A stretch of 64,000 nucleotides of DNA from Yuukianura sp. NJ FZ-2021 (taxonomy: Eukaryota). Positions 25,166 through 38,197 of this stretch are shown one piece after another. Both the position numbers and the translations under genes were made by a program. The notes beneath the pieces are model-generated. The model ran no database searches and was not told the DNA's origin. It worked only from the letters and a program-made list of their open reading frames with translations. The stretch lies in contig CM102286.1 of assembly GCA_046563655.1 (NCBI GenBank), forward strand, positions 10,044,001-10,108,000, read 5' to 3'. Every line of letters begins with the position of its first letter. Position 1 is the first letter of the stretch.

Positions 25166-27079
25166 GTGTAGTGTCTAATGCTTATGTTACTGAAACTATA
25201 CTGTTAAATTGTTAAGCGTTATTTTGGGGGGTTGTATTTTAAGACTAATTCTAGATTTTGTGTGGCGGGAAACTTGAATAGAGTTTTTGTGGGTTGAGTT
25301 GGGTAGCGTCTGGCCTTGGGCAGATTGTTTTTCCGTTAGGAACAAGTATGTAAGTTTTTTAGAATAGGTATTGAAGTGTAAGTTTTTGACAGGACAAGAA
25401 GTCCATTGATTTTTGTCATAAGTTTTTCAATTCTTAATTTGATTACTTCGTTCGTAAGAGTTCATTTCAAGAAGAATTCCTTTTGTTAGGCTAGAATACA
25501 ATGTCACATACGAATTTTCTTCCTGGTGAACGAAAAGACATTTTAAGTGTAATTCTGTGCTGATTTGACCCTTTCAGAACACGTTCGCTATTCAGCGTAT
25601 ATATAAAGCCTTCGTTCGAGATGATCCAGAACTATGGGAAATGAATCCAATATTTTCAGCTGGACGACAAGTGGCATTGTAATTGGAGGTTGTAAATGAT
25701 GCAGCGGAGAGAGGATTGCATTCATAACTACGATAAACCCATTAGTGACAAAGCACGAACAACAGAAACAGTCCATACTTCAAATCGTTGAGCAGCATCG
25801 ACAGGATATTCCAAAGCCCAGGAAGGCTGTGCCGGAGGATGACAACACCCCCAGCTACCCCCGTTAGGTTAGTATAGCGTACACACTGATTCTCAGATTT
25901 GTGAGTAGGGAGATCAGTCATAATACAGCCGTTTGCAGAGCAACAAGCTCTTCTCAGTCTTGTGTATCTTCATTCTCCACCGATTGACCTTGCATCCAGC
26001 TGACCTCGGCTCCACCGAGCAGCCACCAGAGCGATTACCAGCCGTTACCCGCTGCACGTGGCGATTAGCGACTCAGGACGAGTCAGCTCCGAAGATCCGA
26101 AAACACCGAAAAGCTTAACTGCAAAAAAAACGTACCCCTAACAACCAAAACCGCAACGTCCAGTGCTTGCATATGCTGTTTTTCGTAGAGTACGTTTTAT
26201 CAGGTCACGTTAACGTTAATTCGTACACGGGGTCATGCCCGATTTTTCCAAAAAGCCTAAAACTCAACGCTTTTCCAAAATTTTCACAATGGCGACTGGA
26301 TGAGTCAGCCATAACAAAAATAACGGACAGGAAAAAAAAGTAACTCAAAAGCTTTTATTTACAAATTTAAGCCCAAAAGATTTACATATCTAATTATCTT
26401 TTTCCTTTCGTCCATACACCTTACAAACATAACGGAACATAAGCTCCAGCACATAAACAAACAAATTCTTCCAGCTCTATTCTTCCACCTTGATGGTACG
26501 ACCTTGATGTTACCTGCAGCAAACCTTTTCTTCTAAATCTGCCTCGTACAGGCACAACCAATCCGTTGATGAGAACAAATGTCAATGGCCTAGAGTTTAC
26601 TTAAAAAGAACAAACAATCCCATGACGGGAATTAATGTCAACTGTTGAAGTTTCAGGTACAAATAAATTCAAATTAACAAAATACCAATTACAAAGAACA
26701 AAAAAATCAAAGAATTTAACTCAACAATTGAAAAACAAACCTCAGTCGGCGGAATAGCGAAAAAATTTAAAATCAATTCAATTTAAATTAAAAATCAACA
26801 AAACAAATTAAAAACAAACTTCAGTCAGGGGAATAACAAAAAAATTTTAAAATTAATTCAAATTCAACAGACATACAAACCAATTAAAAATCGATAAACA
26901 ATTTAATATCTAACTTTAGTCAGCGGCATAACGGCAAAACGCAACTTTTCAAAAAAAATAAAATAAAACCTACTCAACTAAATAACTCAATTCCTTTTTT
27001 CAATTGAAAGAATTAAAGTACTACCTTGATGGTAAACGCCCTGGAAGGGAATTCAAGCAAAAAAAAATTAAACATCAAA

Positions 27080-28665
27080 ATGGCCGACAACGCAAATTCC
27101 AAAGATGATGGAATCCTACCAGAATTTTTTGAAGGTATTCCTTCAACATCAAACCAAACTCAAACTCAAGGCCAAAATGGAAATAATCAAACAATGAACG
27201 AAACGACGTCTATCGCCCCATTCTCAGAATAAATCCAGTACATGACTCAACTAATGTCCATGGTCATAAAAGAATCTTTCAAAATTCGAGATATAGAAAA
27301 AGCGCAACGAGAAGCCGAACAAGAACAAATTCTGCAACTAATAGAGCAACGACAAAACGTACCACAATTCACATTAGATCCAAATCAACTCTACATCCCA
27401 GCAAGCTATTGCCGCAGCGACATCTAGCGACGCACAAAGTCAAACCCAAACAACTCCAAAAGTTCTAGCGAGTTCAAACAATATTTCTGAAACGATTGTC
27501 GAGGCTATAAAAAACATTCGACTAATTACAGTCAATTCTCAAATTCCATTGCCAAAATTTGACGCTAGACGTAAAACAGCCAAATCCTTCTTAAAAGACG
27601 TCGAACGTTACTTCGTAAGCCAAGGTTACGCCCATCCTCAATGGCTATACCTCGTAAAAACAGTGCTTCGAGAAGAATGTCAAGCATGGTGGCAACATAC
27701 TCACTCCCAATCTGAATCATGGAAGCAATTTAAAAGAATATTCATCGACAGATTTGACGGACCTACGTAACAGCGCAACAGAATTGATATTTTTCAAACT
27801 AAACCCAAGGAACCAATGATCCAACTGAAACTTGCATCTACGAAACTCTACGTCTCGCCAAATTATGCTATCCAAAAGAAACTATCTGCGAACAACTCGA
27901 ACGAGTGTAAGCGTCATTGGTTCCCAGACTTTGTACACATTTGATACTCCGAAAATTCGACTGTCCAGCAGAACGATTCAAAGGTTGCAAACGAATTCAT
28001 GAAAACTTGTCAGCAGAAAATAAATTATTAGAATTCTCGACGCATTTCCTCCATTAGCGTCGTGTGGATTTGAAAACACACAAAGTTCTCGTCTTCAGCG
28101 GAACTCTTGTCCAGAATATGATCACAACAACCTTGAAAACTTCGAGAAAACTTAGAATTTTAAAATCCTGAATATCCTCTAGGAAATTCCAATGAACCAT
28201 ATTATAATCAAAAATCTTCAACAAGAACCTCTTCAAAATTTAGAAGTTCACGCCCTAGATCGGCGTGAGCGATAGGGAAAATAACAATTACAGAAATAAT
28301 CGAAATACGAACTCTGAATTTCGCAGATATCAAAATAATTATCAAACCAAGGATTCAACTTAAATTTGCGTCAATACCTTGATGGTGACACACGCCAGAA
28401 CTCTCGAGAAAGTTTTCAACCGGAATACCATGAAGGTGAAAATCATCAAAAAATTTCAAATGAACACCAAATTCCTAAGAATAAAATAATTCCACAGAGA
28501 AATTCAATAAGATTCGCAAAAGGCTCAGGCTTTGGTCACAAAGCAAAAGATTGTCCTACAAAATACACGTTATTCTTGTGCATTCCAAGTGATCAAAGCG
28601 AAGCTCAAACTTCAAATTTAATTGAACAACCTGAAATTCAAGAAAACCAAAATTTACACTACTAA
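27080..28665 (+). pseudogene. gag: Gypsy gag pseudogene
   Basis: PKFDARRKTAKSFLKDVERYFVSQGYAHPQWLYLVKTVL closely matches the gag at 46029-47780. Decayed knuckle GFGHKAKDC; ends QNLHY*. Many stops and frameshifts. Confidence 0.85.
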
Positions 28666-28767
28666 TCTTGCCGAAAAAACCTCAATTTTATCTTTGTATT
28701 CTCAAAATAAAAACCTTAAACATTGTGGCTAAACACCAATTTCAACAAATTTCATATTGGCAAATTC

Positions 28768-29446
28768 TAGTGTTGCACGGTTCCCGGTTCCCAACCGTTC
28801 CGGAACCGCGGTTCCCAGTTCGGTTCTCGGATCGGTTCCCTCTGAAGAACCGAACCGGCTTGACGGTTCTGGTTCGGTTCTCTTCTAAAGTGGGAACCGG
28901 GAACCGTCACGGTTCCGGTTCCGGTTCCGGTTCTTTACAATCCAAAGAACCGGGAACCAGAAATACATGATTTGTTATAGAATAGTTGAGGATTGCGCTG
29001 TGTGATGCATGAAACAGTTATGTTCACTGGCGTTTTGTTGAAATTTATATATAATATTGTAATCACAACATTATATATTTGTATTATTATTACATTTAGT
29101 ATAATTGCATTATAATACAATATGTTATGTTGCAATAATCACATTATTTAATATATTATAAGTACATAATTTAATTCCTCGACGTTAATCGAATGGATGT
29201 CATTGACGAAACTATTAGGCCGCATGAATTGTAACGCTTTTTTGAATGAACGGAAAGGAGTACTCCTTCCAAATCGACCGGTTCCCAGAACCGCGGTTCC
29301 CGGTTCGTTCCGGTTCCGGTTCGGTTCCCACCCAAGAACCGAACTCCCAGACCGGTTCCGGTTCGGTTCTTTGAAAATTTGGGAACCGAGAGACGGTTTC
29401 GGTTCCGGTTCGGTTCTTGCCATAGAACCGGAACCGTGCAACACTG
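28768..29446. mobile_element. hAT-like MITE nested in the Gypsy element
   Basis: TIRs TAGTGTTGCACGGTTC / GAACCGTGCAACACTG, 8-bp TSD gcaaattc/gcgaattc, dense subterminal GAACCG/CGGTTC repeats and an AT-rich core. Confidence 0.9.
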
Positions 29447-29647
29447 GCGAATTCTAAACTCAAAATCTACGAAACGTACTAAGATTGAAATTTTAATTCT
29501 ACATCCAAACACTCAAGACATATTACAAATTAACTAAGAATTATTATATATTAATCACTAAGACACTTAAAACGAAATACTTAGAGATGCACTTCGAAAC
29601 AAGAATTAAGGAAATTAATGGAACAGTACCAAATATCAAAATGGCAG

Positions 29648-30093
29648 AAAGCGGGCGAGTAGCTCAGTGGTTAAGGCTCCCATCCTTTTCCAATGTCTAC
29701 CTGAGATTGTATGCTAAGCCTATGAAAAAGTCAACGCAGGGAGATGGATTCGATCTGTCGTCCTGCCGCATCAAGTAATAGTATGCAAGGCATCAGTCCC
29801 TCGCAAGATTATAATATGTTGATGAGCGGAGGCAATTCATCTGTGTTATGAGAAATAAGACAATTTAAATAAGAAAAGCCAGAAGCTCGAGGTGGAGGAG
29901 TTTGCGGGAATCCTACCCCTCTCAGACTGCTGGATACACAGTAAAAGAAATGATAACCGGTTAAAGGCAGCCCGAACTCAAACAGTATGTGCCTAACGGA
30001 GTTACTGAAGTAGGCCCGTCTAAGTGCGCCTCATCGGTGCGGGCTAAGCCTCGGCTTAACCTCCTGGAAATCATACATACATACATAACATAC
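29648..30093 (+). mobile_element. tRNA-derived SINE
   Basis: A-box TAGCTCAGTGG, B-box-like GGATTCGATC, (CATA)n tail, and 13-bp TSD atcaaaatggcag (29635-29647, 30094-30106). Confidence 0.8.
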
Positions 30094-32869
30094 ATCAAAA
30101 TGGCAGGCCTGTGTCACTCGCGCCCAAAAATATAAATTATCAATGCATCAACTAAATCAAATCAAGAGATTTACAAGTTTACATTTTCAAAACTTCCTAC
30201 TTCAGTACTCTTAACTCACTATGTCAAATCAAGAGAATGTTCTTTACAACCTAAAAGATGTCCACAAATTATTCATTTATCGTCATATTGTAATTATTCA
30301 AACGGAAAAAAATCTCCGTAAAAGACTTACTACCGCTTTGAAGAACGAATTCGTCTAAACATTGCCTTAAAATTCCAAAATATTGTACAAAAGTGTAGTT
30401 GTACTAAAGAGATTGCAATTAGCTTCAAAAGCAAATCAAATCTAAACAAAATTCGACATAGAAAATTGATCCAAAAAACTCAGCTCAAAGAACTGAACTA
30501 CGCAACTCTAATTAAACAACCAAGATTCGGAATCACAACCGTATCCAATCAGTTAACAATCCAAACTTCGAAAATTACCATCGAACAAGTATTCGTAACT
30601 TCAAGAAAATTAAACCAATCTCAAATTGGTTCCGAAATTCCCAAAAAGTGGAAAATATAAATAAACCAAAAAATAAGAATCCCATTTCCTTCATGAATGG
30701 TTGGGATAAACTTAAAAAACACTGCGAAATCAAAACAAAACTGCAACGCAAAACCTTTAAAAAAAATAATCAAAAATAAAAAAAATCAATATTCCAATCA
30801 TTTTAAACTAATTTTATGATACATTTGAAAACTCTCTGCGAAATCTTCGAATTTTGCAAAAGAATAAAATTATCAAAAAAATAAAATCATTAAAACCAAA
30901 AAAAAATATAAAAAATTACAAAAATAGAATTATCAAATAAAAATTTCATTCCCCACTCTACGCGAATTGGTAGTATCGCGACTACGAATTCGAGCCATAG
31001 GACCAGAGGACCCACTGAGGCCAGCAAGGACTCCCAGGAAAGAGGCCTACTTTTTTCTGGGAAGAATGTGCCGGAGGATGACCATACCCCCAGCTACCCC
31101 CCTTAGGTTAGTATAGCGTACACACTGATTCTCAGATTTGTATGAGTAGCTAGATCAGTCATAATACAGCCGTTTGCATAGCAACAAGCTCTTCTCAGTC
31201 TTGTGTATCTTCATTTTTCACCAATTGACCTTACATCCGGCTGACCTCGGCTCCACCGAGCAGCCACCAGGGCAATTACCAGCCGTTACCCGCTGCAAGG
31301 CAGCTCTCTAAAAATGTTACGCTGAGTAAAATATTTTGTAAAAAAAATTGTGTTCACATTTAGTCCAGTAAGTTGTCCGTTTCGGGAGTGCAATACTAAA
31401 AACCATTCTTTTCTTCAAATATAACTTCAGCAGAAGCAAGGGCTTGAGATAACCTCAACTTAACCCTTGGGGGAGAAATGGGAGGTAACACACAATCAAT
31501 GTATATATTTTCTGTTTCAAGGAGTCGCCCCTTTCCAACGATATATTACACGCCCAGGGTGAGAGTAGCATGAAATTAAGTTGACCTCTGATGACCTCTG
31601 GGGGTCATCGTATTGTACGCAGCACCGTGACAACTTAGCAAAGGTTTTTCCTGATACGGTTGAGGTCACATTTGGTAAGTTTCAATCTCCCTGAAATTAT
31701 ATCAGCGAGGCAGGAAAAAAAATATCACCTCCGTGACATCGTCTTGCGGAGGTTCCCTTGTTTAACTTTGTCCTCAATTGAAGAAGAGTCAGAGTTGAGA
31801 TAAAAATCTGAAATTATTTGACAATTTTTTTCTTATTATGTGTAACATTTTTTTCGGTTGGGAGCATGAATTTTTTGACAACATTTTTCTCCGATGTATG
31901 CCAAGATCCTAATGAAATACGCAAGCAGCGCGAGGATACGAGCGGCCAGCTGAATTATACAACTTAATTAACTGATGTGGTTATTCATTTACCACACATT
32001 TAGTGGTTTGCGCATGCGCGTAGAGTTAGTTAAATTTTCATGATTCCAAGTAAAACCTAAATAATAATTAATTAAAAAATTAGAAAATGCATGTAAAAGT
32101 CCAGTTATTAGACGGTTAGGGGTCACGGGTCCACAGGAACCTGACCGAGGAACCTTGGTTATGTGGTTTCTTTGACTGTATGACAAACAAAAACTGATGT
32201 TGAGCATTTAACTTAACACAGCTTATGTTTATATGACCATGTTCGGGCGTAACAAAAATCGCCGTTTTTCTGGAGTTCAACAATGGTTGAGGGTCACGCA
32301 GCCCAAACTCCTGAAAAACTGACCTTCCAAACGGCCTGGCCTTTCATTTGCGACTGAGTTTACACAAATCGGCTGTCGCTTGTGTGGCACGCTTCCAAAG
32401 GTACCCTCATTTCTGAATTTCCCCTGCCCCCACCCCATGCTGGTGACCATAAGGTCAAATTCAATAGCCAAAAAAATTCTTTCCACCATACCTACTTCCA
32501 TCCCAATTTTCAAAAAATAGGAATTCTCAGCTTGAAATTTTTTTCTCCGTTTTTTTCCGGTTTCATAAATTGTTAGTCAAATACTTACTACGTGAACACG
32601 ACATTTGTTTTCCGTCTGTGTTTCTGTGAATTTAACGATTGGGAGGTCGTTTTTTATGCGATAGTCCGTCAAACTGGTTACGCAAGCAACAGTCTAGAAT
32701 CTCTGATAGTAGAAGATTCTAGTGTTATTATAATGCCGGAAATAAATGTAAATAATGGTCGAAATAGCGCAGACTCGGTATAACAGAAATTAGAAAGCGA
32801 TATAGATAGATAAAGTCTTCAGATATTTAAATATGCCGAACTTGGCGTTCACCCTGTGTTCCTTCGTCT

Positions 32870-35800
32870 TCAAAAAAAGAATCCTTTCGTTTTCTTCCGG
32901 ATTTCACGAGCTTCCTCCTCGCTATCTTCGTCTTCTTCGATTTCCGTGCCGTCGTTGTCTGAACCTTCTGCCTCGTCGTCGGAGTCAGAGTCTCCTTCGG
33001 AAATAGTGCGGTTTGGAGATGAAGTGGAAATTCTCTGACTCTCGTCTGCGTCTTCATCATCGATAAATTCGCGGTCGGAATCATTTTCCTCTTCTTCGGC
33101 AGAACTTCCTTCAGTTTCAGTTTCGTGATCAAGGGATGCCACGGTTGTAGGGGTTGATGTTGTGCTTTCCCTTGTTTCTGGTGCCAATGACCTCAAATCG
33201 GTGTGCTCTAGTGGAACAACAAAGACACGGGGCCATTCAGATGAGGTTATGTCTATAAAATGAAAATACGCCTGGAGTTCTCGTTCTCATTGCTTAAGCG
33301 GATGTATGGCATCTAGTATTTCCTTACCTCCCTCTTCTTCGGCTAAGGCTTGTGCTTCTTCCACTAGATTCTGCTGCATATTCGCATTTTCGTCATCAGA
33401 AGGCTCGTCGTCAGAGCTTTCATCATTGGATGGAACATATTCGTCCGAATCCCGCTCCTCGTCACTTGACATATCCGAAAATTGTGGGAAATCTTCTGGA
33501 TACTGTCCACCTTCAAACTCTGACTCGACCACATCAAACGGATCACGCAACATGTCCAACTTCCTCAGCACGTCCATTTTTCCGAGAAGCATTTCCCAAA
33601 GAACGAAATCGATGTAACTCTTTCCTGTTTCTTGCGCAGCTACGACATACTTGATGTGAACTACACGATTCTCATTCACTTCTTTTGCTGCCGCCAACTC
33701 ATAACTTCTGTTCTCATTCCGAAATAAGGCATCTGGGACCCAATTTAATTCAGCAAAAATAACCAGTGTTGCCGAACTCAAGTTGATTGAGACGTTGGAT
33801 AGATCCACGCTCAGCACGGCGGCCCGAATTTCAGGATCTACGTTGAACAGCGCCGATGACACCTCCCTTGTTTCATAGTTTTCACCAGCAAAAGCCACGT
33901 ATCTAACGTGTCTATGCTCCAGAAAAGTTTGAATTCTTTTCATTACTTTGAGATGTCGAGCGTAAATGATGACTTTTTCGTTTTTGAAATCCACCGTATC
34001 CAGGTACGAACAGATGGGAATCAACTTTGCTATTCCGCTGCGTTTGTACCATTTGAAAATCCGAGTCCGATGTTTGCTAGAATCAGATTCAACGTGCCAT
34101 TCCAGTTCCAATGCCCTATGTGCATCAATACTCTCCTGGTACGCAACTGAACCAAGAAGTCTTCTGTGTCGATCGCTGGGGTCGAATTCAATCAACACTT
34201 TTTCTCTCTGTAGAACTGGCAGTGTAAAGTAGTCTTCCCGAAAATGTCTAACTAGGACTGTTCCATAAAGAAGGTGCTTCAGTTCGCCCAAGTTCTTCGC
34301 ATCTTTCCAATTTCTTGATGCCATTGACTTCCCATCTTCTGTTGTCACGATTGTACAGTATTGATTCGCAAATTGTAAATAATGTTGAAAGGCCTTGGGG
34401 TCCACAAGATGCAGTTGTTGGAAGAATTCTCGTGGCGTTCCATGTGTCGGATTTGCAGTTAGAAAAAGACGGCGTCGAGCAAATTGGCAGATCTCAATGA
34501 CTTTTTCGTAGTTCGTGTAGTGTAGTGCTTTGCACGATGACTTTCGTCTAGAATCAGAACTTTAGCTTCAATACAATTCACGTCCTTGGATACGCCTGGA
34601 TCCTGGAGAGCTTTGTATGCGACTATGACAACATCAACATCCAGATCAACCGCTCGAGGTCGAAATTCTTCAGTGTCATCGTCATCTCCTTCTCCTGCTT
34701 CCATTGCATGCCGATGCACCAGCATCCTGTCAGACTTGATCCCGTATTTGGCCACTTCTCTTTCCCATTGCGAAACTCTTGCGGTTGCGCACACAATTAG
34801 TAAAGGCCACTCTCTCTTGTAGTAGCAGGCAGTCGTCAATGCTTCAACCCTTTTCCCTGTCATTTAAAATGCACACGCATCAGTTAAACTTAGTTAAATT
34901 TAAATTAAGTATCAAAATTGCGCAACCTAATAAAATTACCCATTCCGGCGCCGTCCGCAAATACACACTTGCCGTCACGATTAATTGCAAATGCAATGGC
35001 CTTCTTCTGGTAGGAACGGAGGTCATAAGATGTGGTACTGTCCAACAGCTCGGCAACGTCGGGTGGCAGAAATCGATCAATCCCGACTTCGTTGTCGTGC
35101 AAATACAAAGCCAGGGATAGAACAGCCTGTTTGCAATGCTCTAGCGGACGACTAGGGTCCTCTGTTCCAACTTTTAACTGGTCCTTGATTACTTCCATGA
35201 CTTTATCATACAAGCGGCGAGAAGTAGGAAATAAAAATCGAGATGGGGCTTCAAAAGTGCGTTGAGACTGCGGTATGGTGTTTCGAATGATGTGGACAAA
35301 TAGAATCGGAATGAATGGACGCCGGCGACCGCGTTGACTGATTTTGTAAAATTCTACGCCAAATCTTGTTGAAGACTCGATCCACTCTCGCACAAATGTC
35401 GTCGCGGCATTTAGCGAATCCCCTAGCTCAATAGCTTGGATATCGTTAAAGGGGTCACTCATCAAAGCTGGAGCGGGCTGAACGTCTTCATTGGACAGAT
35501 TATTTACATCCATATCAGAGTCAGTTGCATCGTACTGTTTAGGTTGTAATACGAGCTCCGGCAAAGGGGAAAGTATTACTGGCTCCGTTTGTAGATCTTG
35601 AAATGGTTCATCTAAAACAAAGTATGCCAGGATTCCTTACAATTGCATCACTATGTTACGGTTGATTCGGTTTAATACTTACATTGATAATCCGTGTTAA
35701 CGTCAACTAGCCATGCGGCTTCAACTAAACGCACATCACACGGGCAAGGGTCATAAAAGTTAGCTCCACATCCATAACAGTAAGATTTTTCGGTGCCATC

Positions 35801-36760
35801 TTTGGTCCCTGCTTTTACGAGAAATGGGGTTTACCTGTACTTATAATTACCTAGTAGTTTGCGTGCATTTAAGTTCTATGAAACTAGTTTCTATTGTCTA
35901 CAAACCATTTCCCATTTGCGCTTCTTCGCCAAGTTGGAGGGTAGCAAAAAACGAATCCGACGATTCGTCTGATGTAGGAAATTCGCCTGAGATGTTACTA
36001 CATAAAATAAAAGAAAAACATACGGAATAATAAGCGTTGTCCAATGCACAACAAATTAGAATGAAAGGTTATAGTAAAGCGATCTTAGTCTGTTTTTGTA
36101 ATATTTTTCGAGTGACATGACCTGTGACAACCAAAAAAATGACCTCTACAAACGTTGTTGCGCTTGGTGAGATGATCATTTTTTGTCCTGTGACATATGA
36201 CCCTGTGAGCTTCCGCTGAGGTCATAGCTCAATTTGAAAGTTACTTAGGTTAGGTTAGGTTACACCTTCAAATTGACCTATGACCTCAAAGGAAGCCCAC
36301 AACAGGGTCATATGTCACAGGACAAAAAATGATTCCCTCATCAAGCGCACCAAGTTTTGTAGAGGTAATTTTCCGGGTTGTCATATATCATATTACTCGA
36401 AACAATTTCGAAAACAGACTAGATCGCTTTACTTATAACCGAATGAAAAAAAATAACAAAAAACAAATCTGCTCACAGCGAATTCTGGATTTGGGATACT
36501 TGATCAATCAGTACCGTTGTCTGATTATGAAAGTCGTAATTCTCTGTATCCATTGTTGTTTCTGTATCTTGATTAATTGGATCCATTGCTAACGCATCGA
36601 ATTCCAGACGCATTCGTGCTGATGGCGACGGACCGTCTCCGTCTTCACCCGTCATGTTCAACGACATAAGACTCCGTTTTACTGGTGTAATTGGCAACTG
36701 GCCATTCTTCCTGAATCTGTCAGCTGCTGGGCTTGGGGATGCTAGCTCTTCAATTGGCAT
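32870..36760 (-). CDS. Divergent SNF2-family (SMARCAL1/ZRANB3-like) helicase-domain protein, multi-exon, one apparent frameshift
   Basis: LRSYQKKAI, ADGAGMG|KRVEAL (intron 34939-34857), EWPLLIVC, ILDESH, LFLTANP, KVIIYARH, INLSSATLVIFAELNWVP, acidic tail. The 5' exons upstream of 35611 are less certain. Confidence 0.75.
36067..36440. mobile_element. Palindromic MITE with a (TTAGG)3 centre
   Basis: About 175-bp inverted arms starting GGTTATA and ending TATAACC, with a perfect 8-bp TSD gaatgaaa. The inner arm resembles 53278-53952. Confidence 0.85.
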
Positions 36761-37321
36761 CTTGAAAAACGTGGAGTGCTTGAAATTTACTAAACTGATA
36801 ACCAAAGTGTAGTGACCAACAGGACCTTGTCATCAATCAACTCCGATTCTGACGTAGAAGTTGAACAACTACGGTAATTAAACACAATTCATTAATTTTA
36901 ATGGACAGCTCTTGTACTTCACAAGATGTTTCTGATAAGAATAACACTTTTACTATACCAACCTCCGACGGTCCGGTCACAGTCCGAATTTCGTGAATCT
37001 TCTATTTAACTACACGACGGACAAGAAGATGAAGAATATATCACGAAAATTAAGACGAAAGTCGAAATGACACTGAAAGTATGTCACAGTTGTGTCAAAC
37101 CTTAACAACTCTTTTATTAATGACTTTGTTGTGTGTGTTCTTTTTCGTCTTTTTTGCTCTTGTATTTTATTTCGTTAAATTTCGTTAGGGATTTCCCGCG
37201 GGAAGGAAAATACAAAAAAAAAGGGTACGCTGAGACTGAGACTTTTGCGTGCTTCTATCTTGATCAATGAAAAATTACCTACTAATTTATTAAACTATTG
37301 TGATTATTCGAATATTAATTA

Positions 37322-38197
37322 TTAAAGGTACAAGCAGGAACAGTACTGGGCCCTGCAGTCGAGTGGAGTGATTTTTGTTTTTGCCGCAGATTGAATCCCT
37401 TGAACAAAAATATATTCTACCCCCACTCCAGTTTTAGCCGAGCATCTCAGAATTCTTCTTGTAGTAGCTGAACTTTGACTTGATAACGCCTCCAATTGTG
37501 TCTCGAAAATACTTTCGCTGTACTTTCTACGGTCCGCCTTCAGTCCTATAAATAAAATATTTTCAAACACGAAATTAAAATTTATAACTTTAAATTTAGA
37601 ATATAATTGTACACTTTGGCCTAGATCTTTGTACATGCATTCGAATACCTGCAGTAATTACGGGTACATCGGAATATGATTTTTGTAATTTCGGTAACCA
37701 AAAGGTTTTTAGTTTTTCAAAGGATTTTCTACTGCTCAACGAGTAGCATAGAATAAAACAGTCGGCCTAAAGTAATTAAAAATATTAAAATTAACTAAAT
37801 TAAAGACGTCATATAAATCACTTCCTGGTAAGGATCCGAATTGACATCGAACGTTCCCGGAGAATCCCATAGCCTAACTTCAAATCTGTCACCGTTCAGC
37901 TTAACTCTCGTAGTAAACGGAACTGTATATTGGCTACAATACAAAATTTAAAGTTTGAGAAGCAAGTTAGAAATTGCTATGCAACAATTTAAAAATGAAA
38001 TCCTCTTACGACCCTGATTCTGGTAGTGCGTCTCGAGGAAATTTGTCGTGAAGGTATGCATAGATGAGACTTGATTTTCCTACGCCAGGGTTACCGACCA
38101 AGGTCAGGTTTACGGTCAAATACTTTTCAACAATTGATTCACTCGATATGTCCGAATAAGTGGTGTAGAATCCTACAGAGTCAACTTCAGAATCCAT
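37322..38197 (-). CDS. Atypical Rho-family small GTPase (4 exons)
   Basis: Spliced product has LVGNPGVGKSSL, LWDSPGT, ADCFILCYSLSSRKSFEKLKTFWLPKL, GLKAD, CSAKTG and C-terminal CAAX (CLYL). Introns join in frame. Confidence 0.85.

Larger units (their letters stand above)
25828..31297 (+). mobile_element. Degenerate gag-only Ty3/Gypsy LTR element
   Basis: LTRs 25828-26056 and 31067-31297 (TGT...GCA), AGGC 4-bp TSD on both sides, purine tract GGGAAGAA before the 3' LTR, decayed gag, no recognisable pol. Confidence 0.9.

Noticed and set aside
28768..29446. Repeat array as a possible CRISPR
   Set aside because: Hexamer repeats in both orientations, no unique spacers, eukaryotic context, and TIRs plus TSD are present.
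28668..29512. Several overlapping ORFs rich in GS/EP/NR repeats
   Set aside because: They are translations of the GAACCG repeats of the hAT-like MITE.
29650..29770. tRNA gene
   Set aside because: A/B-box spacing and sequence do not give a cloverleaf. The tail and TSD identify it as a SINE.
31300..32580. Probable DNA-transposon subterminal debris (also 1-300 and 38560-39100)
   Set aside because: No TIR pair, TSD or coding motif could be defined.
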